A stretch of DNA of 62,961 nucleotides, filler included, from Neoconidiobolus thromboides FSU 785 (Eukaryota > Fungi > Entomophthoromycota): NCBI GenBank assembly GCA_025603075.1. It is 11 parts of 11 records of this genome, joined end to end, with 100 filler letters (N's around TTAATTAATTAA, not from the genome) between each part and the next. Parts side by side here need not be neighbours in the genome. Positions count along the whole stretch, not along the records: positions 8,552 to 16,756 come from MU626690.1; positions 16,857 to 23,771 come from MU626715.1; positions 23,872 to 33,515 come from MU626658.1; 8 more parts are not named here. One strand, 5' to 3'. Below the pieces are notes generated by a model, which saw nothing but the letters and a program-made list of their open reading frames with translations, ran no database searches and was not told the DNA's origin. How positions within the stretch are numbered: position 1 is the first letter of the stretch; every line of letters starts with the position of its first letter. Position numbers and translations under genes: made by a program. Below are positions 15,037 to 28,102 of the stretch, piece after piece.

Positions 15037-16239
15037 ATGATGCAAGACTCCCCACTTTATAACTTTTTATATAAGGATTTCTATCCTATCAGTTCACTCA
15101 TCTCTGTTAGTCTATCTGGATCTATCATAATTGTTATGGCCAGTTTAGGTAAGTCCATTAGTATGATAGTCACTAGCTACTAATTATTTAAGCCTTGTAT
15201 AAAAAGACTCTTGTGGATAGAGTATCATTACGTTTACAGATCGCTATCTCATTTTATGATATATGGCTTCATACAATGCCGTTTTGGAGTAGGGAAATTA
15301 AAGATGCTGGGACCATGTGTACTTTCCTTGGATGGCAGCAAGCCTTTTTCCCTTTAGTTTATACCTTAATTAATGCTATCATTGGGATTAATTTACAAAT
15401 TGCTTTTTTACATAGAATCGATATAACGAGAAACATTGAAATTCTATATTGGATACTTCCAATAGTAATAGGCTTAACAATTACAGCTCCATTATTAGGT
15501 ACACAAAAACATTGTTCAACTGACAATTATTTATATTATTAAGCGTTAGGACACTTCGGATTTGGGAAATACGATAGGTGTTATATCTCAGGAAATGATA
15601 TTGACTTTGCTAAAAAACTTGATTTTTTCATTGTTCAACTGCCATTAATGATATCAATAGTTTATCTATTAATAGTTGTATGTTTCGTTTTACTTAAATT
15701 GCGTAAAGGTGTGTTGACAACCAAAAAGATGTTATTTGTTGCCGACTCTGGTTCTTATAATAGCGCACTTAGATATGTGAAACAATTTGGCTATAGATTG
15801 TAAGTACAGTTTAAATCCCTAACCTAATATTTATGATTTTAGACTACTCTACCCCTTCATAATGTTAATATCACATTCGGGATTTATCATATCGCATATC
15901 TATTATGACTTCAATGATAAAACTAATATCCGTAATGAAACTAGCATCCATTTAGTAGAATGTTCATTAATGCTATTATGTACGACTGGCTCATTAAATT
16001 TCATAGCATTTATATTTGATCCAACAATATTTTTAGCTTTTAAAAAAATATATCTTAAGCATTTTGTGAAAAATGGTAATAGATTTCAAATTTTAAATTA
16101 TCTAATTAAAGGTTATTTAGATGACTTGGATGGTCACGATCTGTCTAACACAACTTATATGAGTAATAGTAGAACTAATAGATGGTCTTTTTCTGATGAA
16201 GTGGAAAGTATTCTCTCAATGTTGATTCGCTCTTTATAA
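15037..16239 (+). CDS. 7TM GPCR-like receptor (cAMP-receptor/Git3-like), 3 introns
   Basis: Introns 15149-15192, 15499-15549 and 15800-15842 join the ORF-track pieces in frame. Hydrophobic helices, LVDRVSLRLQ motif, conserved Cys (MCTF, DRCY), LLLYPF and LNFIAFIFDP. Confidence 0.75.
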
Positions 16240-16633
16240 TTAACTACCTTATCACTAAATAAAAATTAATGCTACTTCATTTAAATTGTTAATTTTATAT
16301 AAGAAATTTTATAGCCACATGCCTTTGTTAAATGCTAGAATGCCAAATGATACACAATAGTTTTTTTTATAAACGCTAGTTCCTTAATTTTAAGGAACTA
16401 TCCAGGCTAAGACTTAATAAAAAGCTTTAATCCAATAATTTATAACAGTTATGTACTCGATATCAATTGATTTAATTCTTGTTTAAGACATCTGCATTAT
16501 TTTTAATTTTTATCTAGAATTGATTAACTTGAAGTCCAACTTTTTCTGGCTTTGATTTATTGCAAAGAAATAAATTCAGCATAAAAAATATAAAATAAAA
16601 AGCATGCTTTTTTTAATTAAAAAATTTAATATG

Positions 16634-16756
16634 GGGTGTGAAATCTGGTACTCAAGGTTTGGAGTCAAGAACAGCTATTGCTGGGTTGACTACACTATAA
16701 GTCGAAAGGCCTTAGTTTATGTGACTAAGATAGACTTGGACTATGAAAAATAGCAC
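16634..16756 (+). repeat. Repeat D end (ATAT-GGGGTGTGAAATCTGGTACTC..), runs into the gap
   Basis: Similar to 54838-54932 and to the reverse complement of 53796-53890. Confidence 0.7.
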
Positions 16757-16856
16757 NNNNNNNNNNNNNNNNNNNNNNNNNNNNNNNNNNNNNNNNNNNN
16801 TTAATTAATTAANNNNNNNNNNNNNNNNNNNNNNNNNNNNNNNNNNNNNNNNNNNN

Positions 16857-17238
16857 TATTACTTGTACTATATAGAGGTGGTTAATTATAGTTTTGGGGC
16901 TAATCACTCCCTCGCATGCAGCTATTTATTAACTTGGCAATATATTAATAATGTAATTACAACATTAAAGTAGTTTACTTATTTGATAATAAATATACAA
17001 TGTTGGTTATAAAGCAGTTGATAATAAATATTTCTCAATAAAGTTTCATAAGAATGTATGTATTTAAGATCTAGTACAAATTCAACTAACTTACAGTATG
17101 AGCTATAATAGAATGATTTAGAACTCTGTCTGGATACTTTTTTTAATAAAAGATATGATTTTATAGGATTTTAAGCGAAGTTTTAAAATATAAAATTCAA
17201 AAATTGGATAAAATAATGAAACTAATTCAGACAACCCC
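16857..17238 (-). repeat. Repeat B (longer element end, terminus ..CAGACAACCCC-ATAT), runs into the gap
   Basis: Near-identical reverse complement of 23385-23771. Confidence 0.8.
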
Positions 17239-18298
17239 ATATTATATCAACACTTTTTAATTCAAATTACTCCAATATTTTACTAATTAAAAATGTTATT
17301 GGCGTTATCGATTAAATGAGATTTTTAATAGCTTGTTAGAATTTTGAAAGGTGAATTTGGAATCCTTGTCTTAATTTAGGCTTAGGAGGAAATTTTTGAT
17401 TTATTTGTATATTTGATAATAACCATTTGGACTCAAAATTAACATTTCAATTAACTACTATTAAGTTTCCTGTTAGTTTTTTATGTAGTATAAATACAAA
17501 TCTACTCCACTTTGAATTTGTGATTTAGGTCTACTTTTCAAAAATAATTAAAACAAAAAATAAAGAGCAGTGCAATTTGATAAGTGACAAAATTCAAGCT
17601 TGATTTAAAGTTTTAGCTTGATTTTGAAACAATTAAATGGTATCTAAATTGCGACTGGACTGCATTTAAATAGGAATTAATTTGTTTTAAAATTCAACCT
17701 TCTGATTTCATCTTCATCCTTATGAATATTTTGAGGATTCTTGAAATAATTAGAGAACAACAACGAAAAATGATCTCAATTTTAAAAATCTACTGTTTTT
17801 ATTATTTTCAATCAATTTAATTCAAAACAACAGTAGTAAAGATTATATCCGCTAATATTACTTTGATAGATTGTTATAAGAAACTTCAATTACATTTATA
17901 ACTTAATTAGTATTCTTTTTACTCTGTTTTAAAATTTACAGATCTCTTTTATATCTTTTATATTGCTCAGTTTATTTAAAAATCATATGTTATTGTTTTC
18001 CCAGGAATTTCAATTTAAGACAGAATTAATCATTTTTATGCTTTTTATATTGTACTTTAAAGCAATATAGGTTAAATTTGATATATTTGTTTTATGATTT
18101 ACTAAAATCTCTAAAAAAGAGAAGACTAACCACCACTCTCTCTCTTCTCACTTTATTTCCCCCTCCCTGTTATTTTGTCAACTTATTTTATAAATGACAT
18201 TTACTTCTCTTTTCTGGCCTCTAAACTTTTTAATATTAGAAATAGAAGGCCTATTAGTCTCTCTATCTCTTATATAATCGTAGCCACTTATAATATAC

Positions 18299-18393
18299 GA
18301 AGGTGTTTTTTTGGCTTCACTTTCTCCATTTTTAAGCGCTATTTGAAGTGGAAATATTGTTAGCAAAATTGTTAAACGAAAAAATACATCCCC
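18299..18393 (+). mobile_element. MITE family A copy
   Basis: Full length; ATAC/ATAT flanks. Confidence 0.75.
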
Positions 18394-19484
18394 ATATAAT
18401 TATAATACTATCCTACAAGTATTTTAGCTGCAATTTTTAAATTTTAGCTTTTAGCAACTCTGTCTGGATAGCTCTATCACATTCTGTTTTAGTACTCTAT
18501 TTTACTCTCGTTTTACACCTAAAAAGGGTCCCAAACGCTACTTTGACCTGAATTTTACCTTCTATTTTTTAATCACTACTATTAACAATAAATTGGGGAG
18601 GGAGAGTCTTTCCCTTTTGGGGCTCTTTTCAAGATTTTAAAAACAACTAACCTCAGTTTTTAACCAGTGAAAATCAACGAATTTTTATAAAATATTAACT
18701 TTAATTATAAAAGAAATAACATTTTAAAAAGCGCATTTATAACCTTATGCTTACCTTGAGCTTACCAGATAAAAACTGAGTCTGATTTAATGTTAATTAA
18801 TGAAAAGAGTAGGATTTTGCAAACTTGAATTTTTTAAATTAAACCAAATCCTAATCAGCTAAAGCTCTAATAGTAAACTATTGGTGTACCAAGAAGATAT
18901 GTTATGTTATAGCCCCCGATCTCTGACTTTGTTTATATTGATAAAGTTATTTTCATATAGCTAACTTATTTTTATCTTAATCTAACTTGAAAACACTTAC
19001 ACATGATTTTATTCTTCCTTGCTCCAAACTCCTCAACATTTAGTCATAAATAGGACCAAAATTATTATTAACTAATATTTGAAATAAAGTGTTTACTATG
19101 AATTAATTGTTTTCAAATTTTGTGTATTTTAGTAACTTAATAAAATTTTGCAATTTCAGTATAATATAATATTTATCGTTTTCAAATCATGGTGAGACAA
19201 CTAATTTTATATATTTTAACTTTATTCAAAAAGGGTCTGTTGTTTAAAGGCTATATTTTAATCTTATTAGTTAAAATGTTTATATTTAATAATCGATTTT
19301 TTCGATAAAAACTTACAATATAATATCTTTTTTTTAAAGGTCACATAATGATATGTAATTTTGGTTATAGATTTTATGTATTTTATTTGATAGTAGCTTT
19401 TTTATGTTTTTGATTAGTATATAAAATATCCATCATTGGCTTTATATTTTAACTATTGTACTTAATAAGAATATAAGAGAATAT

Positions 19485-19584
19485 GGGAGGATGTGTTTTT
19501 TATTTAAAAATTTTATTAACCTTTCCACTCAAATAAAATAGCGCTTAAAAAATGGAAAAGTGATCAAATCCAAAAAAACATCCG
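19485..19584 (-). mobile_element. MITE family A copy
   Basis: ATAT/ATAT flanks. Confidence 0.7.
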
Positions 19585-19770
19585 ATATGTTCTGTTCAGA
19601 TAATAATGAATATTTTGAAAAATTATTTTTTGTTATTATTTAAATATCCAAATACCAAATACACACTTTATATGCTTGTGTTTATTTTATATATCACTTT
19701 AGTGTTATACTCATATAAAATCTTTCGTATTTGGTAAAATAATTTAGTTATAAGTTTTTGATAAAATTAT

Positions 19771-19877
19771 GGGAGGGAAAGATAAATTTTTGTATTCGAG
19801 AATTTACTAATTTCTCCACTCAAATAGTCCGGGGCTTGAGAAAAGACAGAAAATGTGAAGTCAAAAAAACACCCCTC
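19771..19877 (-). mobile_element. MITE family A copy, degenerate
   Basis: CCACTCAAATAG core; right end ACCCCTC-ATAT. Confidence 0.65.
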
Positions 19878-20530
19878 ATATCAAGCTTAAACATCTGTTT
19901 TAATCATCTTTATCTCAACTTTGGTAAAATGATCTCTGTCTTTCCATATTTAAAACTCTTCAAATCATCCATTTGAAGACGACTAGAGTTTTATCATCTC
20001 AACAAAACGTGTTTGCAATATTAAAACTGGCCTCCATTCATTTCTATAATTATGATAAATATGTTTTTAATTTTGCTATTTTCAATTATTATATAAATAA
20101 AATGATATAGTAAATATTTTATATTACAAAATGGTCCAAGCAATATTGGCCATTACAAACCACTGTAACTAACACTGATCTATATTTTTATACAAATCAT
20201 CTCATATTAATTACTGTTTTAGATTGATTGTGCTTTTATTGTCAATTACAAATTTAATTTTTTCAAAGATACCAGGGAGGGGGGGAGGCCTTCTATGAAA
20301 ATTAGGAGTGTTATAGTTTATTAAGATAAAATAAAATAAAATTTGAACTTATTCAAATGTTATAATAACCAACTGAGGTCATAATTTTGATTACAAAATT
20401 TCATAAATCAAATTTGGTTGCTTCGTTTATTTAGTGTTTTTAAAATCAATCGTCATTAAAGATTATCAATGCCTCATATTTATAATCATGATTTTATAAG
20501 AGTTTTTGAGTCTAGTCGTCAACATCTATA

Positions 20531-20625
20531 GGGGTGTTTTTGTTTGGCTTTCACTTCTTTTCATTTAAGCGTTATTTGAGCAGAAAAATCTATTAGTAAA
20601 ATTCAAGCACAGAAACAATCTACAT
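20531..20625 (+). mobile_element. MITE family A copy, degenerate
   Basis: GGGGTGTTTT..TAAGCGTTATTTGAG..AGTAAAATTC. Confidence 0.65.
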
Positions 20626-20915
20626 TTTAAGATTAAATTTGCTAAAAACGTTACATAATTCTTTACCTTTCTTCCCCTTTTTTACTAGGCAATTTCAGCA
20701 ATTGGTTCCTGTTTGTAAATAGCTTTTGAATTACACCCTTTACATCACACTTGCTTGGATTTGCTTATATTAGAGTTAACCAAAGCTCTTAACGCAATTA
20801 AAAATTTCATATAATAATTTGTACTTAAAACTTGATTTTTCATAATAGTTTTACGATCATTGGATCATTGATCTTCTTGGGCATAAATGTAGAGTTGATC
20901 TTAGATTTAATAAAT

Positions 20916-21013
20916 GATATATTTTTTTGTTTAAGAACCTTTAACTAACAATTTTTCCACTCAAATAGCATTTAAAAAATAGAAAAAGTGATGATGCCAA
21001 AAAAAAACATCAC
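20916..21013 (-). mobile_element. MITE family A copy
   Basis: ACTAACAATTTTTCCACTCAAATAG core. Confidence 0.7.
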
Positions 21014-22545
21014 AATATCCTTTATATGTTTTAAATCAAAAATAAACAGTGATTCTTATTAAACATTATGTTAAATGGTTAACTAGCATTTTTCTTCTAG
21101 ATTCTTCAAGTAAACGAAGCATCATTGTTTGAAGCACTGGTTACAATGTAGTCGTTTAACCGTTAAAGTTATACTTTTTATAATTATTTTAATATAATTG
21201 AAATACTATTTTTATAATAGATAGAGTAATATTTAGAATAAAAGTATTTCCCCATCTTTGTATTGTTTCTGGTTTTTACAGCCATTTAGTTTATAAATCT
21301 CAGGTTACTCAATTGAATTATTTAAACTATGAATGTATCGAATTCAATGAATAATAAATATATCAATTCAGGGAAAATAATTATTAATGTAATAAATTAT
21401 TATATCAACTAAGTTGTTGTTTTTAGTTAATATACAATTTTATCTATAATGTAGCAATAGTTTATCCGTATTGATAATTCCTAAAAGCAATTACAAGTTC
21501 AAAGATTTCATTATATTAATCTAATTTTAATTAGTGAAATTCATATATAATTTACTTATGATGATTAATTATGTTATGATAAATCTTTAATAGATTATAT
21601 TAGTGTAAGAGATGATAAAAATTATAATGATAATCGAAGAATCAGGATGAATTGAATAAATCATAAAATGTAGTAGATAAAGTACAGATGTAAGAAATCG
21701 CATAATAATCATCAACAGAAATAAAAGTCTATAAGTATTAAGTTTTTATCCTTGATTTTAACTGATAACAACTTCAAAAAATTGTTTGTTTTATTTGCTT
21801 GTTCAGTGCTTTGATAAAGTTTTAAATGGCGATTTGGAGCCATAGAAAAAGTGATTATGTTTAAAGTTCACCTTTCATATATAATGACGTTTTGTCATTG
21901 CTATGTTTAATTCTTAGTTATTTCAAATACAAAATAGTAGCACGCTATTTAATAATTTAATAATGTTGAACTTAGTTAAGCAACCTTGATGATAAATTCG
22001 AAATAAAAGTTAAGAGTATACTCTAATGTCTAATGTAACGATTAAACTAACCTCTCAAATATTATTATCTAACAATGATTTCATCATCAAAGAAGTAATT
22101 CAAAAAGCTGGAGATTGTTGCTAACCATCAGGTGGTTATAAAAATACTAAACTTAATTTCAGATCAAGAATATGTTATGTATTGAAAATTATAAAAGATT
22201 AACAAAATTCAAAATTATAAACTTATATTTAAAATGTGTAATCGATCCCTCTTTTTATTAGTTAGAGCTGGATTTATTGAACATGTTTGAACCAATGACA
22301 AATAAATTATGTTATCTAAAGATTATCTCTTTTTATCCAGATGTTGATTGGCATCCTAATATTTAACAGTAGTGATTATTTTTCCTTGAATGTGACTTTT
22401 TATGTATTAATTGAGCTAAAAATTTCCAAAGTTTTTAAATAGCTATTAAATTGAGATCCAAACAATAACCATTTGTTGTTAATATTATAAACAAATTGTA
22501 TTTAGCTGAATAAAAGTCATAATTTTTATTGCTATTTTACTATAT

Positions 22546-22643
22546 GGGGGAATATATTTTTTTCAACAATTTTACTAACAGTTTTTTCGCTCAAATAGCG
22601 GCTTTAAAGAATAAAAAGTAATGAAGCCAAAAAAAACATCCCC
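22546..22643 (-). mobile_element. MITE family A copy
   Basis: Full length; ATAT/AAAT flanks. Confidence 0.75.
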
Positions 22644-23287
22644 AAATTTTGTCAATTTTCTATATACAATTTAGTCTTGTCAAAGTAATCATTTTTAAAG
22701 TATGATAATTTTAATTATTGCCATATTAGATCAGGCATCACTTTACTTTTTAATTTTAGTTGATCAACCTCAAATTGTTTAATATTTTACAACACAGTTT
22801 GGTAATATTGATTTAAAACTTCTTAAGCATATATATTCTTGGCTCTAAACAATATAAATTTATATAAATTTATACTATAGGATAAAATATATTTAACCAT
22901 ATACTGTGTTATTGATGTATATTTTTTTATCCTTAATATGAGTTTAAGAGAAAACAACAAGTTTTTCAAATAAAATCAATCATAACTTATAAACTTTAAT
23001 TTAGTTAATAAAAAAGCAAAACAAATAGTTTTTAAGATCCTATCATCCTACCAATTTTTTAAAAAATTTAATATTCAAACCGCTACCACCCACTGCAAAA
23101 TAAAGGCATTGAAAAACTACATTTTTTTTTGGCTATATTTAAAAAATAGGTTTGTTACTTAGAAAAAACTACTTTTACATTCAGTTTTTAGGATCTACGA
23201 TGTCCAAACTGGTTTCAGAATTTAGTTAAAAATTGATCCAACTTTTGTTATTTTAAATTTGTAAGTGTCCCCCAATCAATATATTTT

Positions 23288-23380
23288 GAGGGTGTTTTTT
23301 GGTTTCATCACTTTTTCTATCTTTTAAGCACTATTTGGGGAAGAAAATTTGTTAGTAAAATTCTTAAAAAAATATACGTC
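23288..23380 (+). mobile_element. MITE family A copy abutting repeat B
   Basis: Shares ATAT (23381-23384) with the start of repeat B. Confidence 0.7.
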
Positions 23381-23384
23381 ATAT

Positions 23385-23771
23385 GGGGGTTTTGTCTCTG
23401 AATTAGTTTCATTATTTTATCCAATTTTTGAATTTTATATTTTAAAACTTCGCTTAAAATCCTATAAAATCATATCTTTTATTAAAAAAAGTATCCAGAC
23501 AGAGTTCTAAATCATTCTATTATAGCTCATACTGTAAGTTAGTTGAATTTGTACTAGATCTTAAATACATACATTCTTATGAAACTTTATTGAGAAATAT
23601 TTATTATCAACTGCTTTATAACCAACATTGTATATTTATTATCAAATAAGTAAACTACTTTAATGTTGTAATTACATTATTAATATATTGCCAAGTTAAT
23701 AAATAGCTGCATGCGAGGGAGTGATTAGCCCCAAAACTATAATTAACCACCTCTATATAGTACAAGTAATA
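23385..23771 (+). repeat. Repeat B, second copy in inverted orientation, runs into the gap
   Basis: ATAT-GGGGGTTTTGTCTCTGAATTAGTTTC..; matches 16857-17238. Confidence 0.8.
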
Positions 23772-23871
23772 NNNNNNNNNNNNNNNNNNNNNNNNNNNNN
23801 NNNNNNNNNNNNNNNTTAATTAATTAANNNNNNNNNNNNNNNNNNNNNNNNNNNNNNNNNNNNNNNNNNNN

Positions 23872-24748
23872 GTAAAAAAATACCATTGCTCAATCCTGTA
23901 AAAAAAGCTTTACGAAACCCTTTCTTACGAGCTAATCTTAGTTTATCCTCATATCTATTCTGTTCTTTTTCCTGAGTATTGAATGAGTAGACTGTTTTGA
24001 TAGCAGATAATACCTCTTCAACTATAGACCCTGCTTCGCCATATACACCTTGGCCATTTTTAGAGGTATCTGCGATATCATGACTTATGAACATACTAAC
24101 AACCCCCATTAGTGGCACTGAAGCTAACATTACTAAAGTTAATTTCCACCCTTTTATAAAAGCTATAACGAAAGCAGCAATAAAGCAGGTAAAATATTGT
24201 ATAAGAAGACCGACTTTATCTGATATGCCATCTTGAACTAAATTAATATCACCGGCTATGCGTGAAGCGATATCGCCTGAAGAAATAGAATCAAACCACC
24301 CCATTTCTTGACTTAAAACCGAATGATAATATTTATTTCTGATTCTTACAGCCTGACTTTCTCCAACCATTAACCAAAATGATAATTGAAAGTAAGCAGC
24401 GGCTGCAGTAATAGCTCCAACTATTACAAACATAATACACAAGAAATCAACAGTCTCTCTTAATGTTTTATTAGCGAGATCTGGATTCTCAGAGTAATTC
24501 TTTTGATAATCACCGAATAAACCAATGGCTTGAGAAAACAACAAAAATAAAATTGGTTGAGATATACCATTAATGATAGAAGCCAATGACGCAAAAGATA
24601 TTAGTAATCTATCTTTAGTTGTAGCAAATTTGAACAATTTAAGGAGAGGTACGTTTTGCACATTTTGTACTTTTTCTTCTTTTCCCTCTAAGCCAATATC
24701 TTTTTCGTTCACTCCGTTATTATTATGTTTCTTATTAAAATTAAACAT
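23872..24748 (-). CDS. ABCB/MDR transporter, N-terminal TMD1 (truncated by a gap)
   Basis: VPLLKLFKFA..NGISQP..QEMGWFDS..RIAGDINLVQDGISDKVG..GWKLTLV..EEVLSAIKTV; open and intronless. Confidence 0.9.
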
Positions 24749-25291
24749 ATATTTATTAAGTTGTTATTTCTGAGATACCCCAATCACCCTTTTATAGTTT
24801 TTGATTTAAATATAGCTTATTTGTATAGCTTTACAAGAATCATATAATAAAGGGGATATTAGATATTCAATAATACTTCGAAATTAAATGTACGTTTTTA
24901 CATCGAAGTATTATCCGGTGACTATATATTATTATTCTAGTTTAAACATGAACTAGGCATTTTTAATTTTGTACTATTTAAATTAAGCCGTAAGTGTTAT
25001 ATCTAGTTTTATATTCGCCAAATACAAAATTAAAATGCCCAACTCACGTTTAAATTGGATCAGTAATAATAGCTATTTTAATTTATTTGGATAATTCTCG
25101 AGGAATTCATATAAAGCATTGAACTTATTTGTTGAGCTCTATTCAATTAAATCATACATATGTTTAGTAACAAATATTAAAAAGTTAATTCTTTAAACAA
25201 GCTTTATTTAAAGGTTGACTATAGCTTTGGTTTTGGCTAATTAAACTTTTATTAGTATTTTCTGAGCAACGATTTACCGAAATAATAATAT

Positions 25292-25388
25292 GAGACTGTT
25301 TTTTTTATTTCACTACTTTTTTATTTTTCAAGTGTTATTTAGATGAAAGGATTGTTGGTAAAATTCTTAAGCAAAAAAATACATCCTC
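25292..25388 (+). mobile_element. MITE family A copy
   Basis: ATAT/ATAT flanks. Confidence 0.7.
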
Positions 25389-25483
25389 ATATTATCATTT
25401 GCTTCAAAATAATTTTGTACACTCTTATAGGTCCAGAAAATTTAGTCTTAAGCTTACATGAAATGTGTAACTCTTTAATGAGT

Positions 25484-25576
25484 AGGGATGTTTTTTCTGA
25501 TTTTACTACTTTTCCATTTTTAAGCGCTATTTGAGTGGAAAGATTGTAAAATTTTTAAACAGAAAAATACATCCTC
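25484..25576 (+). mobile_element. MITE family A copy
   Basis: TAAGCGCTATTTGAGTGGAAAGATTG core. Confidence 0.75.
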
Positions 25577-25889
25577 AATTGGTAAAATTCATATAAAATG
25601 TTTACTATTTTTTATGAAATAGTAAATCATAAGTGAAAATAGTAGTATATTAACATTCTAATTTTTAGTTTCATTAATTTTTTTAGTAGTTTACTCAATC
25701 GATATTTTAGTTTAATATGTAATTTCAAAATGCTTCCTCATTTTATTTACCTTTATCATACATCGGAGAAAAAAATATAACAATAGATTTTTACTTTTAT
25801 ATTGCTGCCCTTTACCTCTAAAAAGGCAAATAATATATTAAAATAATAACATTTTTATAATCACTGATAAAATTTATATACTTTTATTT

Positions 25890-26777
25890 TTATAGACTCT
25901 TCTTTTTGCCTCTAGAAATAGTGGCGCAGGTATTCAAATCCTTTTTATAATGCCTATTAAGGGCATCAAGTCGGGCAAAAGATTTATCACAAGAGGGACA
26001 CTGAAATGGTTTAATGCCAGTATGAAGATTTGAATGTCTTTTCATATCATGTAGCCTTGAAAATGAAAACTGACAAATTTCACAAATAAATGGTCTTTCT
26101 TTGGTGTGGATCCTAAAATGTGCTTTTAAATTATAGGGTCGTGTAAATTTTTTACCACATCCAGTAAAGTTGCATTCAAATTTTCCTTCCTTCTTTTTCT
26201 TGATTGGACTATTGCTATGGTTAAGTAGTTTCTTTTTTTCTCCCTTTCTTCCCTTTTCTATATCCGACTTGTTTTTTGATAATGACTTATCCTCTTTATT
26301 TAGGATGTATATGTTTGGATTATAAACTATATTGTTATTGTTATAAGTATTATTTATAGAATGCTCGTTATAATGCTGGTGATTAGTATGATGATAATGG
26401 TTATAATTATAGTAATTTAAATATGGATGATGGTGTTCATTTATGATAAAACTTGTATTAGAAGCTTCATTAAAGGTGTTGTTATCAGTATTCTCTGTGT
26501 TTCTACTATTACCACTACTGCTACTATTATTCGTTGGATAATTCCAGCTTAAATGCATATCTGGATTAAAATAATCTACGAATTGATTTAAAGGTGGTGA
26601 TTCCGATGAAATTTCATTCCCCCATAAATCATGATTAGGTTGTAATTGAATTATTGGGGTAGAGTAATGAGTAAGATAGCCTTCATCTAGGGTGTAATAA
26701 TAAGGCTCTATGATGTTAGAATTGCTTATTGAAATGTCGCCCATTTCTTCGTTACTCATACTATTTATTAAATCCAT
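25890..26777 (-). CDS. C2H2 zinc-finger transcription factor, Crz1-like DNA-binding domain
   Basis: Three fingers: CNFTGCGKKFTRPYNLKAHFRIH, CEICQFSFSRLHDMKRHSNLH, CPSCDKSFARLDALNRH; N/H/S-rich N-terminus. Confidence 0.85.
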   Translation of the reverse strand: MDLINSMSNEEMGDISISNSNIIEPYYYTLDEGYLTHYSTPIIQLQPNHDLWGNEISSESPPLNQFVDYFNPDMHLSWNYPTNNSSSSGNSRNTENTDNNTFNEASNTSFIINEHHHPYLNYYNYNHYHHTNHQHYNEHSINNTYNNNNIVYNPNIYILNKEDKSLSKNKSDIEKGRKGEKKKLLNHSNSPIKKKKEGKFECNFTGCGKKFTRPYNLKAHFRIHTKERPFICEICQFSFSRLHDMKRHSNLHTGIKPFQCPSCDKSFARLDALNRHYKKDLNTCATISRGKKKSL

Positions 26778-27853
26778 TTTGAAATAAAAGTGAAACGCAA
26801 CTAAGTATAATTAAAAGAGTACAGCCAGGTATCTTTTAATAAGAGAAAGTGTTAGTAATAAAAGAAAAAAAGTAAACCAAAGGCGAAGGAAAATGAAATA
26901 AAAGTTAAATTTATTCTCTGATTTTAGTAGATCATAATAGCAACATAATAAAATAACTTGAGATTTATTGTTATTATTCTTGCTCTTTTTTAAAAAAATG
27001 TTTTATTCTTATTTTTATTTTTACAAAATTTAATTATTTATTTCTAACTCATAAATTAGTTTTAGCACAATTCAATTCATTTTAATTTCAATAAACTTAA
27101 ATTTTTTATTTTTTACTATATTTAGTAAATTTTTATTTCATAGATCATCATAATACTTAATATTAAATTTGAGACCTTATTTTGAAATTATTTTATTAGC
27201 GTTGATCAAAATTAATTATTTTCGTGTAATGCCTCTCTTATAAATCATTTGAAGTTTTTCATTAAGATAATTTTAATTTAGATCCATAAGTTAGTAGTAA
27301 TCTATCTTATTTACGATTGGATAATGTTATGTAAAAGTTTATAAATGAGTGTAGTACGTAGCATTGACCTTTTTAAAACATATATTAGACTTGGATAAAA
27401 ATATATACATATATACACACTTATACTTTTTGGATAGTTTATATTAGATTGCAGATTTCAAATCAAAGTTGAGTATACTTAAGAGGTTTAAAAACGAATG
27501 TATAAAGGATAATTTCATTGTTTTAGTATATTTTTATAATAATTTGATCAACAAAGGTACAACTCAAATTGTTTTAAAACTCCAAAATGGGTGAAAGGTG
27601 GAGAATGTTGCACGAAATTCTATTTATACTAAACAAAATAAAAAGAGTAAACGTTTTAAATCGTTTAATACTATAAAATATTTAGCAAAATCCTAATTTC
27701 ATCACAGTTGTTTTAGTTGATAAAGTTTAAATGTGTTTGATGTTTTTGAATTTATTACCAAGCTTTTTTTTAATTTGTGGGTTTTGATGTCATTTTTTTA
27801 ATAATTCTTCTCTCAAAAATATATTTTATAAATTGAACAAGCAACAAAAAAAG

Positions 27854-27926
27854 GCTCCGTTAGCTCAGCTGGCAGAGCGTGGTGCTAATAACGCTAAGGT
27901 CATAGGTTCGACCCCTATACGGAGCA
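27854..27926 (+). tRNA. tRNA-Ile (AAT)
   Basis: Cloverleaf: acceptor GCTCCGT/ACGGAGC, D arm GCTC/GAGC, anticodon loop CT-AAT-AA, T arm ATAGG-TTCGACC-CCTAT. Confidence 0.95.
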
Positions 27927-28102
27927 ACTATCTCTTTTTTAGAGTAGTTAAGAAAACATTTAACATTTCAGAAATGTATAAAAGTGTTACCAAACCAATA
28001 GTAAAAGTATTTTATTTAAATACATATTAAGTTTGTTTAGTTATTCAAAAATTAAGCCTAACAAATAAATTTAATAGTTAATTTTAATCAATATCTTTCA
28101 TT

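Noticed and set aside
22060-22150. KEVIQKAGD..PSGGY resembling a JmjC remnant
   Set aside because: Too short and interrupted by stops; not distinguishable from chance.
27833-28030. 65-aa ORF
   Set aside because: It is a translation of the tRNA-Ile gene.
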